Shown here: in pieces, positions 26,700 to 33,268 of the stretch
Layout of the letters: every line of letters starts with the position of its first letter
How positions within the stretch are numbered: the first letter of the stretch is position 1
Sequence record: SRR22947727_198
Strand: one strand, 5' to 3'
Length of the DNA: 33,268 nt
Translations under genes and position numbers: made by a program
Notes under the pieces: model-generated
What the model was told of the DNA's origin: nothing
Databases searched by the model: none
Seen by the model: only the letters and a program-made list of their open reading frames with translations

Positions 26700-27709
26700 T
26701 GAATAAAACTCTTATAATCGCTGAGGCAGGTGTCAACCATAACGGTTCTATAAAACTTGCAAAAAAACTAATTGATCTTGCATCTAAAAGTGGAGCAGAT
26801 TATGTAAAATTTCAGTCTTTTAAAACTGAATTAGTGTTTTCAAAAAATACACCAAAGGCACCATACCAAAAAAAAAATACTTCAAATAAAACTAATGCAG
26901 TTGAAATGGGAAAAAAATTAGAGCTTTCAGAAAAAGAACACTTGATACTAAAAAATTATTGTAAAAAAAAAAAAATTAAATATTTAACAACTTTTCATGA
27001 TTTGCAAACTTTAAAAAGTCATAAGCTATTTAAGCTAGATTTTATTAAAATAGGTTCGGGTGATATAAATAACTTGCCCTATTTAGAAGAAGTTTCTAAA
27101 ATGAAAACAAAAGTTATATTATCTACAGGCCTTTCTTATCTGAAAGAAGTTCGACAGGCTATAAGTATCCTTACAAAATATAAATTAAAAAAGAAAGATA
27201 TTACAGTTCTTCACTGTAATACGGCATATCCAACGCCTATAGAAGATGCGAATTTAAATGCAATGAATACAATAAAAAAAGAACTAGGAGTTAAAGTTGG
27301 ATTTTCTGATCATACAGAGGGAATAGTTGCATCTTTAGCAGCAGTTTCTATGGGAGCTTTAGTAATTGAAAAACATTTTACATTGAGTAAAAGGTTATCT
27401 GGTCCAGACCATAAAGCGAGTTTATCCCCAAGTGAACTATGTGATTTAGTTTCTTTGATAAGACAAATTGAATTATCTATGGGTAACTCAATAAAAAAAC
27501 CCACAAAGAGTGAACTTAAAAATAAGAATATGGTTAGAAAGTCGATATTCTCTGTAAAAGAAATAAAAAAGGGAGAAAAATTTAGTAAGGAAAATATTTT
27601 TATTAAGAGACCTTCAACTGGAATGTCACCAATGTTAATAAATAAAATACTTGGTAGAAAAGCATCTAAAAAATATTTACCAGATCAATTTATAAAAGAA
27701 AAAATATGA
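26699..27709 (+). CDS. neuB: Nonulosonic acid synthase (NeuB/LegI family)
   Basis: IIAEAGVNHNG, ADYVKFQ, KIGSG, LHCNTAYP, GFSDHT, IEKHFT and a C-terminal SAF domain. ATG at 26699 (TGATG overlap). Confidence 0.95.
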   Translation: MNKTLIIAEAGVNHNGSIKLAKKLIDLASKSGADYVKFQSFKTELVFSKNTPKAPYQKKNTSNKTNAVEMGKKLELSEKEHLILKNYCKKKKIKYLTTFHDLQTLKSHKLFKLDFIKIGSGDINNLPYLEEVSKMKTKVILSTGLSYLKEVRQAISILTKYKLKKKDITVLHCNTAYPTPIEDANLNAMNTIKKELGVKVGFSDHTEGIVASLAAVSMGALVIEKHFTLSKRLSGPDHKASLSPSELCDLVSLIRQIELSMGNSIKKPTKSELKNKNMVRKSIFSVKEIKKGEKFSKENIFIKRPSTGMSPMLINKILGRKASKKYLPDQFIKEKI

Positions 27710-28746
27710 TTGAGAGAAAATTAGATAATTGTTTAGCCTTAGAGACAAATTCTATAAAAGAATGTATTTTGTATTTAGAGAAATCTACTAAACAAATCAT
27801 ATTTGTTGTTAACAAAAATAATAAACTTCTTGGTTCTATAACGGATGGAGATTTGAGAAGAGCAATATTAAAAAATTATAATTTAGATGCTAAAATTAAG
27901 AGTATTTATAAAAAAAACCCCATTAAGTGCCTGAAAAATATTTCATCTAATGAAGCTTTAGAAATAATGCAATTGCATAAAATTAATCACTTACCTATTG
28001 TTGATAAAAAAAACAAAATAATTGCTTTTTATTCAAGAAATTACATTAAAACTGATACAAAAAAGATCGAATGTGATTTTGTGATTATGGCAGGTGGTAA
28101 GGGAACGAGATTAAAGCCTTACACTAATAATCGACCTAAACCAATGTTAAAAATTTCAGGTAAGCCAATTTTAGAAATAATAGTAAATAATGCAAAAAAA
28201 CAAGGTTTTAAAAAATTTATTGTTTCAATTAATTATCTAGGCGAGGTTATAGAAAATTATTTTAAAAATGGTAAAAAAATTGGGGTAGAAATAAAATATA
28301 TAAAAGAAAAAAAACCTTTAGGTACACTAGGATCTTTAGCTAATTACAATAAAAAATTTTTGAAAAAAAATATTATAGTTTCAAATGGCGATATAATTTC
28401 TGAAATAAATTATAAAAGCCTTCTTGAATTTCATAAGTTGAACAAATCTGATGCAACTATGGCAGTATATCCATATAAACTGCAAAATCCGTATGGAGAA
28501 GTTGTAACAAATGAAGCTAATATAATCGACATTAATGAAAAACCAATTTCAATATCATATGTTAATGCTGGCGTATATGTATTTAATAAAAATGTTTTAA
28601 AATTTTTGAAAAAAAATAAAGAAATGGATGCTGTAACTTTTTTTAATACTCTAAGACTTAAGAAAAAAAAGACAATGGCATTTGCTGTACATGAAAATTG
28701 GAAAGATATTGGAATTAAAAATGATTTTTTGAATTTAAAAAAATGA
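27706..28746 (+). CDS. CBS-domain sugar-1-phosphate nucleotidyltransferase (PtmE/LegX-like)
   Basis: N-terminal CBS pair (GSITDGDLRR), then MAGGKGTRL.P.T..RPKPM, PLGTLGSL, NGD, VNAGVY and W.DIG. Confidence 0.9.
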   Translation: MIERKLDNCLALETNSIKECILYLEKSTKQIIFVVNKNNKLLGSITDGDLRRAILKNYNLDAKIKSIYKKNPIKCLKNISSNEALEIMQLHKINHLPIVDKKNKIIAFYSRNYIKTDTKKIECDFVIMAGGKGTRLKPYTNNRPKPMLKISGKPILEIIVNNAKKQGFKKFIVSINYLGEVIENYFKNGKKIGVEIKYIKEKKPLGTLGSLANYNKKFLKKNIIVSNGDIISEINYKSLLEFHKLNKSDATMAVYPYKLQNPYGEVVTNEANIIDINEKPISISYVNAGVYVFNKNVLKFLKKNKEMDAVTFFNTLRLKKKKTMAFAVHENWKDIGIKNDFLNLKK

Positions 28747-29393
28747 AAACTACAGATAATTTAGTAATAATTCCAGCAAGAAAAAATTCTCAAAGAATTA
28801 AAGATAAAAATTTATTAAGATTAGGAAAAAAAAGCCTTGTCGAAATGACTATAGAATTTGCTTTGAAAATATCAGATAAAAATTCTGTTTATCTTTCTAC
28901 AGACTCAAAAAAAATAAAAAAAATTGGCGAAAAATATGGCATTTTTTGTCCCAGTTTAAGGCCTTCGAGTTTATCTAAATCAAATTCAAATTCAGTAGAT
29001 GTTTGTCTACACGCTCTTAAAACTTTTGAAAGTTTAAAAGATTGTAAAGTAAAAAATATAATACTTTTACAACCAACATCCCCATTTAGATCAGTAAATA
29101 TTTATAATAAAGCTTTTAAAATATTCGATAAAAATAAAAAACCAACATTCACCGTATCTTATTTAACAGCGAATAAAATTATTCAAAATTATAAAGGATT
29201 AAAATTTGTATCAAATAGTTCAAAGAAATTTTATCAATTGAATGGAAATGTTTATATTATAAAAGTAAAAGATTTAAAAAAACAAAAAAGTTTTTTTGGT
29301 AAAAATTTTAATATATTAATTATTAAATCAAAAAAATTGTCAATAGATATTGATACAGTTTATGATGTTCAAAAAGCAAAAAAATTTTTATAA
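28743..29393 (+). CDS. neuA: CMP-nonulosonate synthetase (acylneuraminate cytidylyltransferase, NeuA/LegF)
   Basis: IIPARKNSQRIKDKN, LSTDS, LRP, LLQPTSPFR, NG.VY and SIDIDT. Confidence 0.9.
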   Translation: MKTTDNLVIIPARKNSQRIKDKNLLRLGKKSLVEMTIEFALKISDKNSVYLSTDSKKIKKIGEKYGIFCPSLRPSSLSKSNSNSVDVCLHALKTFESLKDCKVKNIILLQPTSPFRSVNIYNKAFKIFDKNKKPTFTVSYLTANKIIQNYKGLKFVSNSSKKFYQLNGNVYIIKVKDLKKQKSFFGKNFNILIIKSKKLSIDIDTVYDVQKAKKFL

Positions 29394-30520
29394 TGAAAAA
29401 AATTTTGAAATTATTTTTTTTGTTAAAAAATATAAAATTTACGTTTTATAGGGTTAATCAAAATAATATATTAATTTTTGATGAAAAGGGCTATGAAACC
29501 ATTAAACCTTTTTTTAAAGGAAAAAAACATTCGATTTTGAAATCTAGAGGTGAAGAAATTAACTTATATATAATTTTTAAAATTTTATTTGATTTAAAAT
29601 CAATTAATTATATTAGTTATATTAATAAATATATTGAAATAGTAAATCCAAAATATATCTTTCATCACTCTGTAAACCATAGATTTTTTTTTATTAAAAA
29701 AAATTTTCCGAGATTAAAAACAATTTTTATTCAAAGTGAATTTATACATAAAACTGAAATTATAAAATTTAAAAAAAGCGGATTTTGCGATTATGCTTTA
29801 TTATGGGGAAAACAAGATTTAACTAACTTTAAAAATATTTCAAGGAAAAGTATATTAATTGGATCAGTGCTAAACAACTATAATAATGAAAAAAAAATAG
29901 AAAAATATAAAAATTCAATTTTGTTTATTTCACAATTTAGAGAAAATAAAAATAATTATTTTCAAACTAATACAGGAAAAATATTTAAATATGAAAACTT
30001 TATGAAAGCAGATAGGTTTGGATTTGAAGTTTTTTTAAATTATTGCAAATTAAGAAAAAAAAAATTGTATGTGTTATTTGCTACTAGGACCAAAGCAAAA
30101 ATAAAAAAAGAAATTGAATTCTATAAAAATAAAAAAACAAATAATTTAATATTTTTAAAAAGCACCAAAAAACATTACGGATATAAAGTTACACAATATT
30201 TTAATAAAATTTTTTTTGTAAATTCAACTTTAGGTTTCGAATGTCTTGCAAGGAACAAAAAATGTTTTTTTTTAAATGTGAGAAATAGATTTTTAAGGTT
30301 TAAATATATAAATTTTTCAATACCTAAAAATGGACCAAATTGGTGTAATTCTCTAGATCAAAAAATAATTTTTAATAAAATTGATAAATTTATGGGACTT
30401 GAAGACTCACAAATTCCTAAAATTTATGAAAAATATTTTCCAAACATAATTTACTATGACAAAGATAACTTAAAATTAAAATTTTTTTTAAATAATATTT
30501 TTAAAGATATTTCTGAATAA
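29393..30520 (+). CDS. Putative surface-carbohydrate biosynthesis protein (LA_1612-like), possible GT-B nonulosonate transferase
   Basis: ILIFD, RGEEINL, WG, IGS..NN, ILFISQ and NSTLGFECLARNKK (ST..E GT-B-like motif). TAATG coupling to neuA. Confidence 0.6.
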   Translation: MKKILKLFFLLKNIKFTFYRVNQNNILIFDEKGYETIKPFFKGKKHSILKSRGEEINLYIIFKILFDLKSINYISYINKYIEIVNPKYIFHHSVNHRFFFIKKNFPRLKTIFIQSEFIHKTEIIKFKKSGFCDYALLWGKQDLTNFKNISRKSILIGSVLNNYNNEKKIEKYKNSILFISQFRENKNNYFQTNTGKIFKYENFMKADRFGFEVFLNYCKLRKKKLYVLFATRTKAKIKKEIEFYKNKKTNNLIFLKSTKKHYGYKVTQYFNKIFFVNSTLGFECLARNKKCFFLNVRNRFLRFKYINFSIPKNGPNWCNSLDQKIIFNKIDKFMGLEDSQIPKIYEKYFPNIIYYDKDNLKLKFFLNNIFKDISE

Positions 30521-30521
30521 A

Positions 30522-31652
30522 ATGGAAAGTTTAATTTTTATTTCTAGCAATATTATTTATAGAAAAGATCTTGAAAGATTTGGTGAAAAATTTTTATCTA
30601 AAAAATTTAACATTATAATCATTTCTTTTAAAAATTTTAAATTAGAAAATTATAAAATTAGTAAAAAAACATTACTTATAAAACAAAATGATACTTCAAA
30701 AATAAAAAAAATTTTAGAAAATATAAACTATAAAGTTTTTGGAATTATTGATCTAATGTTTCCTAGCTTAAAAAGCTTTCAAATCAAAAGATTTGCAGTA
30801 AAAAAAAAAATTAATATTATTAAACTTAATAACTCTAAATATCCCCAACCAAAGAAAAGAACTTTTATTGAAAAAATTAAAATGAATTTCAATTTTTTTA
30901 ATCCTTACAGAGAAAAAATATTCATAAAAATTTTAAATCATGTAAATATTTTTCTGAATTCTTTTATAGTATATGATTATGTATTAGTTTGTAGTGGTGT
31001 AGATAAAAAAGATATAAATAGTAAAACTAAATACATAGATTGCCATAATTTTGATTATGATATTTTTCTAAAAAGAAAAAATATTAACAATAAATTTAAA
31101 AATAAAATTGTATATATAGATACTGATTGGCTGTCACATCCAGATTTCAAGATACATAAAGCTAATGTAATGAAAATCAATAAAAATAATTATAAAAAAA
31201 AAATAAACCTTTTTTTTGATTTTATTGAAAAAAAACTTAAAAAAGAGCTGATTATTGCCGCTAATCCTAAATCAGACCTAAAAAAAATTAAATCTTTATT
31301 TAATAATAGAAAAATTTATAAAAATAAAACCTTTGATCTAATTAAAGATAGCAAATGCGTTATTGCATCAAAGACATCCGCTCTATCATTTCCGATATTA
31401 TTGTCGAAACCAATCATTACATTTATTTTTAATGATATAAAAAAAACTGTTCATGGACCTGATATAATAAACCAATCAGCACTTCTTGGAATTAAACCAA
31501 TTAATATTGATCACAATATAACTTTAAATAAAAAAATATTATTAAAAGTTAATAAAAAAAAATATAAGAAATATATAAAAAATTTCATTAAATATCCAAA
31601 AAGCGATGAGAAAAATACATGGGAAATTTTTCTGAATTTTATAAAGAAGTAA
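30522..31652 (+). CDS. Hypothetical glycan-biosynthesis protein, putative GT-B/polysialyltransferase-like
   Basis: RD..RFG, H.FDYD, IVYID, IAANPK and LIKDSKCVIASKTSAL.F..L..KP motifs. Located after the CMP-nonulosonate synthetase. Confidence 0.55.
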   Translation: MESLIFISSNIIYRKDLERFGEKFLSKKFNIIIISFKNFKLENYKISKKTLLIKQNDTSKIKKILENINYKVFGIIDLMFPSLKSFQIKRFAVKKKINIIKLNNSKYPQPKKRTFIEKIKMNFNFFNPYREKIFIKILNHVNIFLNSFIVYDYVLVCSGVDKKDINSKTKYIDCHNFDYDIFLKRKNINNKFKNKIVYIDTDWLSHPDFKIHKANVMKINKNNYKKKINLFFDFIEKKLKKELIIAANPKSDLKKIKSLFNNRKIYKNKTFDLIKDSKCVIASKTSALSFPILLSKPIITFIFNDIKKTVHGPDIINQSALLGIKPINIDHNITLNKKILLKVNKKKYKKYIKNFIKYPKSDEKNTWEIFLNFIKK

Positions 31653-31769
31653 TCATTGTTTCCACAAAATTTTGTTTATTAAACATAGACAAATATTTGG
31701 AATACTATAAAAAATAATAATGAATGTAACTTTTTTTAAATATTTATAAATTATAAAGCTAAGTATCAA

Positions 31770-32924
31770 ATGATAAATTATAAATTTTATGAAAAAAAAA
31801 TAATATCTAATAAAGATAGATTTAAATTATCTTTTAAAGATGAGAAAGAAATTAAAAAAGACTTCAATAATGCAAATGTTTTCATTTTAGGGGCAGCAGG
31901 ATCTATAGGAAGTGTTTTTTCTAAAAAAGTTTTAAAATTTAATTTTAAAACTTTATACTTAGTTGATAAAAATGAGAACGAATTAACGGAATTAAATAGA
32001 GAAATAATTCTATTAACATCACAAAATAAATTAAAAAAAATTAACTATATATGCACTGATTTAACAATTTTAAATTTAGATAATTTTATTAAAAATAAAA
32101 AAATTACACATTATTTAAATTTTTCTGCAATTAAACATGTTCGAAGTGAAGAGGAATTGATTTCATTAAAATATATGTTGGCCACTAATTCAAAATATTT
32201 TCTACCAAACAATAAACATAAATTAAAAAAAGTTTTTTCTATCTCTACTGACAAAACTGTTAACCCAAGTAGTTTATTAGGTATAAGTAAAACTATAATG
32301 GAAAAAAAATTAACAAAGTTTAAAAAAAAAAATAAAAAAGTATTTGTATCAAGTGCTAGATTTGCAAATGTAAGTTTTTCAAATGGAAGTATTTTAAAAT
32401 ACGTTGTAGACAGAATTAATAATAAGCAAATTTTTGGAGTGCCAAATAAAATCCGTAGATATTTTATAACTCATGAAGAAGCAAGTAGTTTATGTTTTAA
32501 ATCTCTTCTAAAAAAAAATGATAATAAGATTTTAACTCCAAATTATAATTATTTAAAAAAAGATTTTTTGATAAAAGATTTGATAAAAAAAATCTTAATA
32601 ATAAATAAATATAAGCCAAAATTTTTATCAAAAGTTAATAAAGAAATAAAAATTAATAAAAATTATCCAGTATTATTAACCAAACCTAATACTCATGGTC
32701 AAAAATATTTTGAAAAATTTTACGAAAAATCTGAAAAAGTTTATAATGATAAAAATGATAAAACTGTGTCCATGGTAAATTTGCCAGAAGAAAAAAATAT
32801 AGATAAAATTTTAAATTACATTTTAAAATTAAATAGTATTAATAAAATAAAAATTTTTTTAACGAAAAAATTTAAATCTTATAAACCTCCAACTAATGTT
32901 ATTAAAGTGAGCCAAAATTTATAA
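31770..32924 (+). CDS. Soluble NDP-GlcNAc 4,6-dehydratase-like protein (CapD/PglF catalytic domain, polysaccharide biosynthesis protein)
   Basis: GAAGSIG, VDKNENEL, FSAIKHVRSE, ISTDK.VNP..LLG.SK, ARFANV.FSNGS and RYFIT..EA. No N-terminal TM domain. Confidence 0.85.
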   Translation: MINYKFYEKKIISNKDRFKLSFKDEKEIKKDFNNANVFILGAAGSIGSVFSKKVLKFNFKTLYLVDKNENELTELNREIILLTSQNKLKKINYICTDLTILNLDNFIKNKKITHYLNFSAIKHVRSEEELISLKYMLATNSKYFLPNNKHKLKKVFSISTDKTVNPSSLLGISKTIMEKKLTKFKKKNKKVFVSSARFANVSFSNGSILKYVVDRINNKQIFGVPNKIRRYFITHEEASSLCFKSLLKKNDNKILTPNYNYLKKDFLIKDLIKKILIINKYKPKFLSKVNKEIKINKNYPVLLTKPNTHGQKYFEKFYEKSEKVYNDKNDKTVSMVNLPEEKNIDKILNYILKLNSINKIKIFLTKKFKSYKPPTNVIKVSQNL

Positions 32925-33268
32925 ATGACAAAAAAAAATAATTTATTTCTAGATCAAAATAAAAATATTAAAGCTGATTTTGGTTATGTTTTTAGATCTT
33001 CTGCTATTTTTTATATCCCACCTAAAGTCAAAACTACAATTTGTATTTCTAATTATTGGAAATTTAAAAATAATATTAAAGTAATATTATTAATGACAAT
33101 AAGAAACTTAAAAGGAAAATTGATTTTAAAACAAAAGCTAAATTTTAATAATGAAAATGTTTTATCAATTTCAAAGTTTGGAGTTAAAAAGGGTTCAATC
33201 GAGATTGAGGCATTTGGAAACACAAATTTAAGAATTCCATATGCTGCTATAATGGCAATTTATGAGAA
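32925..33268 (+). CDS. Hypothetical protein, 5' part (runs off window)
   Basis: ATG immediately after the TAA at 32922-32924. The frame is open to the window end: MTKKNNLFLDQNKNIKADFGYVFRSSAIFYIPPKVKTTICISNYWKFKNN...GSIEIEAFGNTNLRIPYAAIMAIYE. Not in the supplied ORF track. Confidence 0.8.
   Translation, partial: MTKKNNLFLDQNKNIKADFGYVFRSSAIFYIPPKVKTTICISNYWKFKNNIKVILLMTIRNLKGKLILKQKLNFNNENVLSISKFGVKKGSIEIEAFGNTNLRIPYAAIMAIYE

Noticed and set aside
188-27504. Short minus-strand ORFs in the track (188-418, 3445-3705, 5772-5960, 10236-10571, 10426-10608, 11266-11478, 11417-11611, 12689-12955, 14722-14904, 25573-25755, 27310-27504)
   Set aside because: All are antisense shadows of well-supported + strand genes, with no recognisable motifs.
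1-33268. CRISPR arrays, tRNA/rRNA genes, IS elements, pseudogenes
   Set aside because: I saw no spaced repeats, structured GC-rich non-coding segments, transposase/integrase motifs or frameshifted genes. The intergenic gaps are all about 140 bp or shorter.

Overview
A very AT-rich (roughly 20-25% GC by eye), gene-dense surface-glycan (O-antigen/capsule-type) biosynthesis island. It has 33 complete CDSs plus one 3'-truncated CDS, all on the + strand, many joined by ATGA/TAATG overlaps. The composition, compactness and gene families suggest a streamlined marine alphaproteobacterium (SAR11/Pelagibacter-like hypervariable region), but this is inference only. Block 1 (141-21127) is an unexplained sugar pathway: a Cys-poor NifU-like protein, a radical SAM/SPASM(Twitch) enzyme, three PhyH-type 2OG-Fe(II) oxygenases, a Nudix hydrolase, a resolvase-fold 'sporadic carbohydrate cluster' protein, a methyltransferase, a nucleotidyltransferase-PfkB kinase fusion, two DegT aminotransferases, an orphan TPP-dependent E1 alpha/beta pair, three NDP-sugar SDRs, a HAD phosphatase, three TIGR04372-type glycosyltransferases and an ABC flippase. 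Block 2 (21229-32924) is a legionaminic-acid-type nonulosonate pathway (legC, neuC, neuD, neuB, ptmE-like, neuA, a 4,6-dehydratase). It is interrupted by a formyltransferase / DegT-like / FemAB-GNAT tailoring cassette and followed by two putative nonulosonate transferases. I saw no RNA genes, CRISPR arrays or mobile elements. The most interesting signal is that block 1 has the same enzyme-family inventory as orthosomycin/hygromycin B antibiotic sugar pathways, but set in a cell-surface glycan locus. All family calls come from motifs read by eye, not from database searches.
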